Assembly (NCBI GenBank): GCA_963835065.1
Contig: CAWIEK010000049.1
Location: 512,001-576,000 of the forward strand
Length of the DNA stretch: 64,000 nt
From: an uncultured Chthonomonadaceae bacterium
GTDB lineage: Bacteria; Armatimonadota; Chthonomonadetes; Chthonomonadales; Chthonomonadaceae
Direction of reading: 5' to 3'
The first letter of the stretch is position 1. Every line of letters starts with the position of its first letter. The notes under the pieces were generated by a model. It was not told the DNA's origin. It did not search any database and was given only the letters and a program-made list of their open reading frames with translations. A program made the translations under genes and the position numbers. Below, piece by piece: positions 1-9,305 of this stretch.

Positions 1-82
1 AAGGCTGCCTCTAAATATACGCAACTTCGCGCTATGCCTCCTGTCCAACAGAGCATATAAACGCCTTTTTTCGCCAACGCTT

Positions 83-721
83 ATGTCCTTACTGGTTGAA
101 CTGGAAAATGTGGAGTATCGGTTCGGATTGCGGCGCGTGTTTTCGGGCGTGAACCTGACGGTGCGGACGGGCGAAATTGGGCTTGTGATGGGCGCGAACG
201 GCGCGGGCAAAAGTACGCTGCTCAAAATCATCGCCGGGTTATTGCCACCCGCTTCGGGAACCGCGCGCATACAGATGGACGGGCGTGATCTGGACTCTCG
301 AACCCGGCGGCAAATCATTGGCTACGTCGCGCCCGACCTGACGCTGTACCGCGAATTGACCGGCGTGGAGAATTTAGAGTTTTTTGCCAGTCTGCGCGGC
401 ATCCGCATGGAACGCCAGCAGTTGCGCGACGTTTTGGAACTTGTCGGCCTGCGCGGACGCGGGCGCGACCTGGTGGGCGCGTACTCGTCGGGGATGCGGC
501 AGCGCTTGAAATACGCTTTCGCCCTGCTCGGCCAGCCACCGATTTTGCTTTTGGACGAACCGACCGCCAATTTGGATGTAGACGGCATGGCAATGGTAGA
601 GCGCGTGATTGCCGGCCAGCAGACCCGACCCGGCGGCGGTTTAACCATTGTCGCCACCAACGAGCCGCGCGAGGAGCAATGGGGAACGGTGCAGGTACGC
701 TTAGGAAAGGATGAAGGATGA
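83..721 (+). CDS. ccmA: Heme exporter ABC ATP-binding protein CcmA
   Basis: Walker A GANGAGKS, signature YSSGMRQR, LLLDEP; first gene of a ccm cluster. Confidence 0.85.
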   Translation: MSLLVELENVEYRFGLRRVFSGVNLTVRTGEIGLVMGANGAGKSTLLKIIAGLLPPASGTARIQMDGRDLDSRTRRQIIGYVAPDLTLYRELTGVENLEFFASLRGIRMERQQLRDVLELVGLRGRGRDLVGAYSSGMRQRLKYAFALLGQPPILLLDEPTANLDVDGMAMVERVIAGQQTRPGGGLTIVATNEPREEQWGTVQVRLGKDEG

Positions 722-797
722 ATACAAATGATGAACGAGGAATGATGAGTGATGAATGGGGATTCAGTTCATCACTCATCATTCATCATTCATCATT
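709..797. repeat. Heptamer inverted-repeat element (GATGAAT/TGATGAG versus ATTCATC/CTCATCA)
   Basis: Tandem 7-mers in opposed orientation across the ccmA/ccmB junction; supplies the ccmA stop and the CcmB N-terminus. Confidence 0.85.
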
Positions 798-1503
798 TCT
801 CTCCGAAGCCGTCGCCCTCTTCCGCAAAGACTTGCGCGCGGAATTGCGCACCAAAGTGGCGCTCAGTTCCGTAGGATTGTTTACATTTTCTGCGCTGATG
901 CTGATCGCGCTGGCGACTCGGACGCTCAAAGACGTTAAGGTTCCGGTTTCGGATTTAACGGAATCGTTTGCGTGGAGTTACGAGAGCCGCATGGGCATGC
1001 TGTGGGTGCTGCTGTGCTTTGCCGCGTTTGCCGGATTGTCGCACTCGTTCGTACATGAGGAAGAAGCCGGCACGACAACCGCCCTGCGCCTGTCCATGTC
1101 ACCGGAAGCCGTGTACGCGGGCAAACTGACGTTCAATCTTGCCCTCGTGCTGGCGGTTACTACCGTAGTAACGCCCGTTTACATGCTGATTACCGGCCTG
1201 CCCATCTTCGCGCCGCTGCAATTCGGACTGGTAATGTTCAGCGGGTGCGTGGGATTGGCGGCGGCGGCAACGATTGTGGCCGCGCTTGCCGCCAAAGCGC
1301 GCAGCACGGGCGCGCTATACGGCGCGTTGGGACTGCCGATGCTCGTAGTCTTCCTGACGCTGCTGATGAACGCGGCGGGAACGCTGTACAAGTCCGGCCT
1401 GCCGACGTGGGTAGCCGTGCGCGACATCGGCGGCCTGTTGAGTTACGGCATTTTGCTGATCGCGCTTTCCGCGCTTACCTTTGTTTTTGTTTGGGAAGAT
1501 TAG
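718..1503 (+). CDS. ccmB: Heme exporter permease CcmB
   Basis: KDLRAELRTK start motif, F-x-x-E-E-E-x-G-T loop, about 6 TM helices; follows ccmA; exact start uncertain. Confidence 0.8.
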   Translation: MNTNDERGMMSDEWGFSSSLIIHHSSFLSEAVALFRKDLRAELRTKVALSSVGLFTFSALMLIALATRTLKDVKVPVSDLTESFAWSYESRMGMLWVLLCFAAFAGLSHSFVHEEEAGTTTALRLSMSPEAVYAGKLTFNLALVLAVTTVVTPVYMLITGLPIFAPLQFGLVMFSGCVGLAAAATIVAALAAKARSTGALYGALGLPMLVVFLTLLMNAAGTLYKSGLPTWVAVRDIGGLLSYGILLIALSALTFVFVWED

Positions 1504-1583
1504 CGCGTAGTGGCGCAGAGCGATTTTTGCGGCGTATGCGCGAACGGATTCATTCCGTCGCGTTAAAATTGGAAAACATATCA

Positions 1584-2351
1584 ATGGCGACAATACCCAA
1601 GTCACCTTCTTTTGCACAGGAAGCCCCATCTTCAGCGCCAACAGCGTTCACGCGCAGAGCGCCGGGTCCACTAAAGGGCGCAGGCTGGAAATACGCGACG
1701 GGCGCGTTGATGGCGTATGTGATTTACGGCGCGTTCTTTATTGCGCGGGGCGCGAATGGCTTTGGACGCAGCGGCAATCCCGCCCGCATCGTGTTCTTCC
1801 ACGTTCCTGTCGCCATTCTGTCGTATGTGTGCTATACGGTTGCCACTGTGTACGGGATCAAGTACCTGGTGAAAGATCAGGATTTGGATACGGACGCCAA
1901 ATCCGCCGCTTCCATGGAACTTGGCTTTGTGTTCTGTATCCTGGCGACCATCACGGGCAGCATTTTCGCCGGCGTGCAGTGGGGCAGCTTTTGGAACTGG
2001 GACCCGCGCGAAACTTCCATCGCCGTAATGCTGCTGCTGTACGGTTCGTATCTGGTACTGCGGGGCGCGGTTTCCAGTCAGCCGGAAAAACGCGCGCGCT
2101 TGTCCGCCGTGTACGCGATTGTCGCGCTTGTGCCCGCCACGTTTCTGATATGGGTCGTGCCGCGCATCCCCGGATTGGGCAGCCTGCATCCACCGGATAC
2201 GGTTGTCAACCCGGATAAGACAAGCTGGACCTACAAATGCGTGTTGTACCCCGCGTTTCTGGCGTTTACAATGCTGTACATCTGGCTGTTTCAATTGCGC
2301 GTCCGCCTGTACAAACTGCTGGCGAAACGCGAAAAACAACGCCTGCTGTGA
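1584..2351 (+). CDS. ccmC: Heme exporter CcmC
   Basis: IVFFHVP, WWD domain QWGSFWNWDPRET, SLHP; start moved to in-frame ATG 1584. Confidence 0.9.
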   Translation: MATIPKSPSFAQEAPSSAPTAFTRRAPGPLKGAGWKYATGALMAYVIYGAFFIARGANGFGRSGNPARIVFFHVPVAILSYVCYTVATVYGIKYLVKDQDLDTDAKSAASMELGFVFCILATITGSIFAGVQWGSFWNWDPRETSIAVMLLLYGSYLVLRGAVSSQPEKRARLSAVYAIVALVPATFLIWVVPRIPGLGSLHPPDTVVNPDKTSWTYKCVLYPAFLAFTMLYIWLFQLRVRLYKLLAKREKQRLL

Positions 2352-2364
2352 AGGATTCCACCGC

Positions 2365-2514
2365 ATGATTAAGCCACTTGGTGATACAATGACATTGGTG
2401 TTGGTGATGGCCGTGCCCCTCCTGGTATGGCTTGGAACCTTCGGCTACCTGCTGTTTGTGGATCGCTCGCTGCGGCAACTGGAGCGCGGCGAAACCGGTG
2501 AGGACGACCTGTGA
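2365..2514 (+). CDS. ccmD: CcmD-like small membrane protein
   Basis: 49-aa single TM plus charged tail between ccmC and ccmE; GTGA overlap with ccmE. Confidence 0.65.
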   Translation: MIKPLGDTMTLVLVMAVPLLVWLGTFGYLLFVDRSLRQLERGETGEDDL

Positions 2515-2945
2515 ATAAAGCTTACATTTTCGCGTTTCTTGTCATCAGCCTGGCGCTCGGATTTACGCTGTACGCCTTCAGCGCGTCCATGACGCCGTAT
2601 GTGGATATTCATACCGCGCGGCAGTCCACGTCGCCCGTTCAGGTGAAGGGAAACATTCTGCATGACACGGTGACGTATGACAAAGCCATCGGCGCGCTGC
2701 GCTTCCAAATCGAAGACAAGAACAAGGAGCGCATCGAAGTGGTCTATTTAGGCGCAAAGCCGGACGCTTTCGACACGGCTCCCGAAACCGCCGCGACGGG
2801 CATGATTCAGAAAGACAAGACCGACGGGCATGATATTTTCGTGTCCCGCAGCATGGTCGTCAAATGCCCTTCCAAATACGACGATCAGAACAAAGGCAAG
2901 AAATCGCAGACACCCACTGTCGCCAGCGCGGGGCAGGGAGCTTAG
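2511..2945 (+). CDS. ccmE: Heme chaperone CcmE, CxxxY variant
   Basis: N-terminal anchor, VVYxGxKPD, KCPSKY in place of KHDENY. Confidence 0.85.
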   Translation: MNKAYIFAFLVISLALGFTLYAFSASMTPYVDIHTARQSTSPVQVKGNILHDTVTYDKAIGALRFQIEDKNKERIEVVYLGAKPDAFDTAPETAATGMIQKDKTDGHDIFVSRSMVVKCPSKYDDQNKGKKSQTPTVASAGQGA

Positions 2946-2951
2946 TTTACT

Positions 2952-5729
2952 ATGACTACCGGACAATTCGGAACCTGGGCGATCTGGCTTGGCCTGATCG
3001 CTTCCCTGTTTACCTTCGGCGCGTACAGCGTGGCCCTGCTGCAGCCGCAGCGCGAACGGCAATTGCGCAATGTGGCGCGCGGCGGCTATTTGCTGACCGC
3101 GCTGGGTGTGTTTGCGTCCTTTGCGTCCCTGTGCGCGATTGTGTACAACAACAAGTACCAGTACGATTACGCTTATTCGCACACGGGCAACGATTTGCGC
3201 GCCCTGCCCACCGACACGGCCTCGCACTGGCTGTTCCACCACTGGATACGATTGGCGGCTACCTGGTCGGGACAGGAAGGCAGCTTTTTACTGTGGGCGT
3301 TCTGGACGGCCTTGCTCGGCTTCCTCGTGTTCGCCAAGGCGGGCAAGTACGAGGCGCGGGTAATGCCGTTCTTCGTGTCTGTGCTGACGTTTTTGTGCGC
3401 CATTCTCATTAAGCAGTCGCCGTTCCACTACCTCAGCGTAGCCCATCCCGATTTGTGGTCAACGGTTCCGCCGGATGGTCAGGGCTTGACACCGAGCCTG
3501 CAAAACTACTGGATGACCATACATCCGCCCACTATTTTCTTCGGCTTTGCGTCCCTTGCCGTTCCGTATGCGTATGCGATGGCCGCGCTGCTGTGGAAGG
3601 ATTACAAAGGCTGGACAAGCCGCGTGATGCCGTATGCGCTGTTGACGTGCGCCACGCTGGGACTTGGCCTGTTCATGGGCGGGTATTGGGCCTACGAGAC
3701 GCAGGGCTGGCACGGCTTCTGGGCGTGGGACCCGGTTGAAAACGCGAGTTTCTTCCCCTGGCTGGCGATTACCGCCCTGGTGCATGGCCTTGTTGTACAG
3801 AAATCCCGTGACGGCATGGCGCGTACCAATACATTCCTGGGTCTGTTCGCCTTCTGGCTGTTTCTGCTCGGCACGTTCCTGACCCGTTCGGGCGCTCTGG
3901 CTGGTAAAGGCGCGGACGGCAACATTATGTCGGTTCACGCTTTTGACAACATCAGCAAAAGCGGCCTGATATTGATGGAAGCCATGCTGCTTGTGTACGG
4001 CGTCGGCGGACTGGTTCTGTGGATTGCGCGCGTTCGCAACATGCCGCGCCGCCGGACAACGGGCGACACGCTGGTATCCCGCGATTTCGCGTTCTTCGTC
4101 AGTATCCTGCTGATGATACTTGCGTGTCTCGCCGTGACGTTCGGAACCACGACGCCCCTGTTTATGAGCTGGATGAACAAGCGTCCCACGCAGCCGCAGC
4201 CGTTCTTTTACAATCAGGTGATGCTGCCGCTCACGGTTCTGTTCGCGCTTGTTTTGGGATGCGTACCCTGGCTGGCGTGGAAGCGGACTGACCCCGAAAA
4301 GTTTTTGCGCAAATTGATCGCGCCCTGGCTGATTATGGTGGGCTTCGGCTTCTTCATGATCTTCTGGGTGCAGAACGCGACAGCCGGCTTGCAGCAGGCG
4401 ATGGAAGCGAGTGATTACACCAGTACCCTGCACTACTGGTTCGGGCCGGTTGTACAGCGCGTTCTTGTGGTGCTGCTGTCTTCGCTCGGCGTGTTTGTCG
4501 CGCTGTCCAATGCGATGCTGGCATACCGCGTGTTCCGCGCCAAGCCGCTCAATGCGGGCGGCTGGCTGGCCCACGTCGGCATGGGACTGCTGATTGTCGG
4601 CGTCGTTGTGTCCAACACGTTTGAGCGCACCGTCCGCGTTGTCGTGACGGAAGGCGAACCCGCGCAGAACGTGTACGGCTACAAAATCGCGATGGAAGGC
4701 ATGACGGGCAAGCCCAAAGACATTCGCCCGATTGACGCCAGCACCGACCCGACCAATTCCGTGAAACTGCGCGTCACGCCCCCCGGCGTGGATGAAGGCA
4801 GCACTTCCAGCGCAGGGGCAGGCGAAGCCAAAACGTTCGTGCTGGAACCGCGCTGGTTCATTCACAACCTGGGCAAAGCGTATCCCTGGAAGCTGGAGCG
4901 GATGCGCTGGCCGTCCATCGAAAAGTATCTTGGACACGATCTGTACGTGGGATTGGCAAGCGACGCGGAATACGAGTGGCCGTTCGGCAGCCAGTTTAGC
5001 AGCAAAATGGCGTTCACGCTCAAACCCGGCCAGAAAGTAGACATCGGCGGCTACCGCATCGGCTATTACGAGCCGATCATGCAGGTGACGAAACTGATGG
5101 GCGCGCGGATCGTGATTTTGCCTATTGACGAAAAAGGTAATCCGACCGGCGCTCCCATTATCACGGAGCCATGCCTGCGGATGATGATGCCCGCCCCGGA
5201 TTACGACCCCACGCAGCCGGAAAGCGATGATAACCAGCAAATGCGTCTTTTCCCTATCAATGAGGACATTCCGCAGTTGAAGGACGCGGACGGCACATTG
5301 GGCGCAATTGAGGCCGTACAACTCGATCCGGCGACAAAAGCGTTCTCCTTCAAACTGAGCCTGCCGCATTATCGCGGACGGTGGGCTGTGCCGCTGGAAG
5401 TGACGCACAAGCCCTGGGTCAATCTGGTCTGGATCGGCGTGATCGTGGCCGTGTCGGGAACCCTGCTCGCCATGTTCCGCCGCATCCTCGACGCCCGCAA
5501 TGTGGACAAGCCGAACCCGAAGAACGGCAAGGGCGGCGACAACAAGGACGGCAACGAGCCGAACGGTTCCGACGACGGCGTGAACTTCGGTGATGGCGAT
5601 AAGATCGTTGGCGCGCAGCCCTGGGATATGCCCGACGCCCCGCCTACCGCGCCCGAAACCGCTATGCCGATTGCCGTCACGCCCAGGCCCCTGCCAACTA
5701 AGGGGCGGCTGAAACCGGCGAAAGAATAA
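2952..5729 (+). CDS. ccmF: Cytochrome c heme lyase CcmF with long C-terminal extension
   Basis: WSGQEGSFLLW, IHPP, WAYETQGWHGFWAWDPVENASF, LTRSG...SVHAF, KPWVNLVWIG. Confidence 0.92.
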   Translation: MTTGQFGTWAIWLGLIASLFTFGAYSVALLQPQRERQLRNVARGGYLLTALGVFASFASLCAIVYNNKYQYDYAYSHTGNDLRALPTDTASHWLFHHWIRLAATWSGQEGSFLLWAFWTALLGFLVFAKAGKYEARVMPFFVSVLTFLCAILIKQSPFHYLSVAHPDLWSTVPPDGQGLTPSLQNYWMTIHPPTIFFGFASLAVPYAYAMAALLWKDYKGWTSRVMPYALLTCATLGLGLFMGGYWAYETQGWHGFWAWDPVENASFFPWLAITALVHGLVVQKSRDGMARTNTFLGLFAFWLFLLGTFLTRSGALAGKGADGNIMSVHAFDNISKSGLILMEAMLLVYGVGGLVLWIARVRNMPRRRTTGDTLVSRDFAFFVSILLMILACLAVTFGTTTPLFMSWMNKRPTQPQPFFYNQVMLPLTVLFALVLGCVPWLAWKRTDPEKFLRKLIAPWLIMVGFGFFMIFWVQNATAGLQQAMEASDYTSTLHYWFGPVVQRVLVVLLSSLGVFVALSNAMLAYRVFRAKPLNAGGWLAHVGMGLLIVGVVVSNTFERTVRVVVTEGEPAQNVYGYKIAMEGMTGKPKDIRPIDASTDPTNSVKLRVTPPGVDEGSTSSAGAGEAKTFVLEPRWFIHNLGKAYPWKLERMRWPSIEKYLGHDLYVGLASDAEYEWPFGSQFSSKMAFTLKPGQKVDIGGYRIGYYEPIMQVTKLMGARIVILPIDEKGNPTGAPIITEPCLRMMMPAPDYDPTQPESDDNQQMRLFPINEDIPQLKDADGTLGAIEAVQLDPATKAFSFKLSLPHYRGRWAVPLEVTHKPWVNLVWIGVIVAVSGTLLAMFRRILDARNVDKPNPKNGKGGDNKDGNEPNGSDDGVNFGDGDKIVGAQPWDMPDAPPTAPETAMPIAVTPRPLPTKGRLKPAKE

Positions 5730-5764
5730 ACCACGGGGAACACGGGGAACACGGGGAGGAGAAC
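5727..5764 (+). repeat. 9-nt periodic repeat AACCACGGGGAACACGGGGAACACGGGG
   Basis: Seen directly; an inverted near-copy lies at 14896-14942. Confidence 0.8.
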
Positions 5765-5844
5765 AGGGAAAGATACGGAGAGAACCGCAAAACACGCTAA
5801 GGGCGCGTAAGGCTATGGCTTCCCGAACCATCGGGAAGCCTAAC

Positions 5845-5880
5845 TTTTTGCCAACGGCAAGTGGTGGAAGCGTTGGCAAA
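5845..5880. terminator. Hairpin terminator between convergent units
   Basis: TTTGCCAACG...CGTTGGCAAA stem with flanking T/A runs. Confidence 0.6.
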
Positions 5881-5999
5881 GCGGTAGATAGAAAAAAGGA
5901 TATGTAGAGTCATCGTCGAAATCTTGGCAATACAGCGCTTCCAGCCCGATGTCTCGTTGTGTCAAGTTGTAGGAGAGAGGCGTCGTGACCTCAGCAGCA

Positions 6000-6026
6000 T
6001 CAGGGCGAACGGGAGGGGTGAAACAT
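6000..6026 (-). CDS. Putative 8-aa peptide MFHPSRSP
   Basis: AGGGAGGTG SD 8 nt before ATG; same spacing, length and SRSP-TGA end in copy 2. Confidence 0.45.
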   Translation of the reverse strand: MFHPSRSP

Positions 6027-6084
6027 AGGCTCTGCACCTCCCTTCTTGTGTGTAACATCTGTATAGCAGACGTTGTTCTACTGT

Positions 6085-6112
6085 TTAGACGGCTGTGTGG
6101 GGCAAAGGGTTC
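6085..6112 (-). promoter_or_regulatory. ECF-sigma-like promoter GAACC-N17-GTCTAA
   Basis: Both boxes and spacer length conserved in copy 2 while the spacer sequence diverges. Confidence 0.6.
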
Positions 6113-6218
6113 ACTGTTTTTTGCGTTGTCTGAATCTTTTTTCTATCTTTTTTCTATCTTTGGCGGGATTGTTTCGGGATTGTTGCTGTTGGCGTCGTGG
6201 GAACGGACAAGAAAATAA

Positions 6219-6266
6219 AGAAAGAGAAGAGGGGAATTGCTTCCCCTCTTCTCTTTCTGTTTTTTG
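6219..6266. terminator. Bidirectional intrinsic terminator after hsdR
   Basis: AGAAAGAGAAGAGGGGAA-TTGC-TTCCCCTCTTCTCTTTCT stem with A/T tails. Confidence 0.75.
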
Positions 6267-6267
6267 T

Positions 6268-9200
6268 TTATGATGGTGGCTGATAGGTACGGAGGAAGGA
6301 CACGTTTGTAATAAACCGCTTGATGTCCGGGTTGTCCTTGAACAGCTTGTAGAGCAGAGTGTTGTCTTTAATAAACGTGACGAGGGCGCGTTCCAAAGCG
6401 AAGTCGTGTTCGATTTCCGCGCTCTGCTTATCGGAGTGCTGCATGGCGTTCTGGTACTTCACGTCGCCGGCAACCTTTGCCGGAATCTCGTTGGTAATCA
6501 GCTTTAACAGCTTGTCCTCGTCGCCGAAATTGAAACTGCCAAAAAGGTCGTTGAACTGGCTGATGATGTTGCTCAAGTGATCCAATTCCGGTTCGGGCGC
6601 GTGACCACTGCCGCCCACGTCAGAAGGGTCTATCTCCGCGTCCTGCGCTTCCAGTGAGAGCGACAGCATGGAACGCTTTTCGGCGCGGTAACTGTCCATA
6701 TCAATCGCTTCCAAAATGCCCTGCGCCAGATCGTCACCCTGCGGCGCGGGCAGTTTCGACACAAGAAGCGTCAGGAAGATGGACAGCTTCTCCCATTCCG
6801 GCAGGCTGTACGGCAAAATGGCGGCGAGAAAATTGTAATTGCGCACAAACGCTTTGGCGCTGCCCTTGAATTCGATTTGCGCGTTGGCATCCAGCGAATT
6901 CTGATAGGCGGCAGCGCAGGCATCCAGTATGGGATCAAGGACAGGACGCTCCGCGCCGTTCAGGTAACATTCGACAAGGCTATCCACCTGCTCCGGCGTA
7001 TACACCTGATGCGCGTCCATGACGGCTTTGAGATCATGGAGGCGGTTGGGGTCGCTTTCCTTACTCAAAATCGTCGTCTGGTAATAATCCTGAAAGGCGG
7101 CCTGTATGATGTCCGTATCGTTGTAAAAGTCCAGTACGAAGGTATCATGCTTTTTGGGATGGGCGCGGTTCAGCCGCGACAGGGTTTGCACGGCCTTGAT
7201 ACCGGCCAGCGATTTGTCTACATACATCGTGTGCAGGAGGGGTTCGTCATACCCTGTCTGAAATTTGTCGGCGCAAATGAGGAAGCGGTACGGGTCTTCC
7301 CGAATCTTCGACTCGATTTCGCCGCTTGGAAAGCCGTTCAGGGTGGCTTCCGTTACCTTCTGCCCGCCGTACTCCGGTTCGCCCGTGAACGCGACAATGG
7401 CTTTGTAGGGACTCTGACGCGCCTGCAAACACTTGTTGATGGCGTGAAAATACTCAATTGCCCGCGCTATGCCGCCCGTGACTACCATTGCCCGCGCCTG
7501 CCCGCCGATCTTTTGTTTGGCGATAACGTGAGCGTGGAAATGCTCTACCATGATTTCGGCCTTTTCGCCGATGGCGTGGGCATGACTTTCGACATAGCCG
7601 CGCAGCCGTTTTTGCGCCCGCTTCACATCGAATTCCGGGTCTTCCTCAACGGTTTTCATCAGGCGGTAAAAGGACGCGACGGGCGTGTAGTTTTGCAGCA
7701 CGTCCAGAATAAAGCCTTCCTGAACGGCCTGCTTCATAGTATAGGCGTGGAATGGGCGGAACTTCTTTTCGCCGTTTTCTTCGTAAGCGATGCCGAACAT
7801 TTCCAGCGTTTTGGGCTTGGGCGTGGCGGTGAAGGCGAAGTAACTGGCGTTGGGCAGCAGTTTGCGCGATTCGAGGATGCGGAGTATCTTGTCTTCCGTC
7901 GTTTCTTCCTCATCGTCCGCGCCCTGTTCCGATAAGGCCATGCTCATTTTTGCGGACGCGCTTCCGCTCTGGCTGGAATGGGCTTCGTCAAGGAGAAGCG
8001 CGAACTTGCGGCTCCGGTGGGAATTACCGATTTCATCCAGAATAAACGGGAACTTCTGAATGGTGGTGATAATGATCTGCTTGCCGCCCGTGATGAATTG
8101 CTTCAGATCGTCCGAGTTGTCGGTATGGCCTACGGTCGCGCCTACCTGCGTAAACGCCTTGATGGTGTTGTAGGTTTGCTTGTCCAGTATGCGGCGGTCA
8201 TTGACAACGATGATGGAGTCGAATACGGTGTCGCCGTTCCGTTGCAGGCCGACAAGCTGATGCGCCAGCCATGCGATAGAATTGCTTTTGCCGCTGCCCG
8301 CCGAATGTTGGATGAGATACCGCTGCCCCGCGCCATTCAGCCGCGCGTCGGCAAGCAGTTTCCGCACCACGTCTAATTGGTGGTAGCGCGGAAACACCTG
8401 CTTTTCCACGATTTTGCCCGTCTTCGGGTTCGGCTCTTTTACTACTTTGGCGTAGTTTTCCAGTATGTCGGTCAGGCGTTCGCGGGTCAGGATTTCGCGC
8501 CACAGGTAGTCGCTCATCAGGCCGTCGGGGTTGGGCGGATTGCCCGCGCCGCCCTTATAGCCCTTGTTGAACGGCAGGAACCAGGAGGCTTCGCCCTCCA
8601 AGCGGGTACAGAACTTCACTTCGCAATCGTCTACGGCCCAGTGCGCGAGACAGCGCTTGAATTGGAACAGCAGGTCTTTGGGGTCGCGGTCGTTCTGGTA
8701 CTGCTTCACGGCGTTTGCAATTGTTTGCCCGGTAAGATGGTTTTTCAACTCAAAGGTGAAGAGGGGGAGGCCGTTGATAAACAGGGCGAGATCAAGCGCG
8801 TCGTTGGGCTTGCTTTTGCTGAAATGAAGCTGCCGCGTGATGCTGAATCGGTTCAGGGCGTAGAAGGTGGCGGCGGTCGTGTTGCCGGGCGTGGGGCTGC
8901 CATAAAAGAGGGTGACATGGGCGGGGCCGTGCTTGACGCCATGCCGCAATACGTCTACGACGCCGCGTTTGCCGATTTCCTGCGAGAGGCGGGCGAGAAA
9001 CTGCGTTTGCTTTGGGCCGTCCATGTCAAGGCCGAGCGATTGAAACGCGGCGGGCTGCGTAGCTTCCAGAAAGGCGAAGAGCTGCCTGCGGTCAAGCGCG
9101 AATTCTTTGTCATAGTCGGACGACGCGCCGGAAACGTACAGCCCGGATTGGTACGTGGGGCGTCCGTCCTGCACGGTCGGGGCTGCGCTAGGGTTGGGCG

Positions 9201-9276
9201 TAGCCGCGCTTGCGCTGCCGGTCAGCGCGGCGACAATAATGTTTTCAAGTCCCTTTTCGGTGGTGTCGGTTGGCAT
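6268..9276 (-). CDS. hsdR: Type I restriction endonuclease subunit R
   Basis: DLALFINGLPLFTFELKN nuclease motif, HSAGSGKS, DEAH, FTATP, FQTGYDEP, VQTLSRLNR. Confidence 0.95.
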   Translation of the reverse strand: MPTDTTEKGLENIIVAALTGSASAATPNPSAAPTVQDGRPTYQSGLYVSGASSDYDKEFALDRRQLFAFLEATQPAAFQSLGLDMDGPKQTQFLARLSQEIGKRGVVDVLRHGVKHGPAHVTLFYGSPTPGNTTAATFYALNRFSITRQLHFSKSKPNDALDLALFINGLPLFTFELKNHLTGQTIANAVKQYQNDRDPKDLLFQFKRCLAHWAVDDCEVKFCTRLEGEASWFLPFNKGYKGGAGNPPNPDGLMSDYLWREILTRERLTDILENYAKVVKEPNPKTGKIVEKQVFPRYHQLDVVRKLLADARLNGAGQRYLIQHSAGSGKSNSIAWLAHQLVGLQRNGDTVFDSIIVVNDRRILDKQTYNTIKAFTQVGATVGHTDNSDDLKQFITGGKQIIITTIQKFPFILDEIGNSHRSRKFALLLDEAHSSQSGSASAKMSMALSEQGADDEEETTEDKILRILESRKLLPNASYFAFTATPKPKTLEMFGIAYEENGEKKFRPFHAYTMKQAVQEGFILDVLQNYTPVASFYRLMKTVEEDPEFDVKRAQKRLRGYVESHAHAIGEKAEIMVEHFHAHVIAKQKIGGQARAMVVTGGIARAIEYFHAINKCLQARQSPYKAIVAFTGEPEYGGQKVTEATLNGFPSGEIESKIREDPYRFLICADKFQTGYDEPLLHTMYVDKSLAGIKAVQTLSRLNRAHPKKHDTFVLDFYNDTDIIQAAFQDYYQTTILSKESDPNRLHDLKAVMDAHQVYTPEQVDSLVECYLNGAERPVLDPILDACAAAYQNSLDANAQIEFKGSAKAFVRNYNFLAAILPYSLPEWEKLSIFLTLLVSKLPAPQGDDLAQGILEAIDMDSYRAEKRSMLSLSLEAQDAEIDPSDVGGSGHAPEPELDHLSNIISQFNDLFGSFNFGDEDKLLKLITNEIPAKVAGDVKYQNAMQHSDKQSAEIEHDFALERALVTFIKDNTLLYKLFKDNPDIKRFITNVSFLRTYQPPS

Positions 9277-9305
9277 CTGCGTTTTCTGCGGCTTTCTTTC
9301 GGCTA

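Larger units (their letters stand above)
5886..6195 (-). other. Duplicated ~330-bp module, copy 1 (putative small transcript with sORF)
   Basis: 5899-6015 aligns ungapped to 31965-32081 with 7 mismatches in 117 nt; looser similarity continues to about 6195/32289. Confidence 0.85.

Noticed and set aside
3459..5879. Long antisense ORFs (also 23698-25488, 29178-30287, 39049-39711)
   Set aside because: Shadow ORFs opposite well-supported genes in GC-rich DNA.
5990..6002. Selenocysteine readthrough or a hammerhead ribozyme in the module
   Set aside because: Copy 1 has further in-frame TGAs not shared with copy 2; no CUGANGA/GAAA core.
5840..6058. 72-aa ORF or +1 frameshift product at CCC-TGA in the duplicated module
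   Set aside because: The equivalent frame in copy 2 has a stop (CAA-TGA instead of CAA-CGA), so it is not conserved.
5985..6218. Plus-strand hydrophobic ORF as a type I toxin
   Set aside because: The copy 2 equivalent stops after 23 codons; hydrophobicity comes from T-rich tracts. Not fully excluded.
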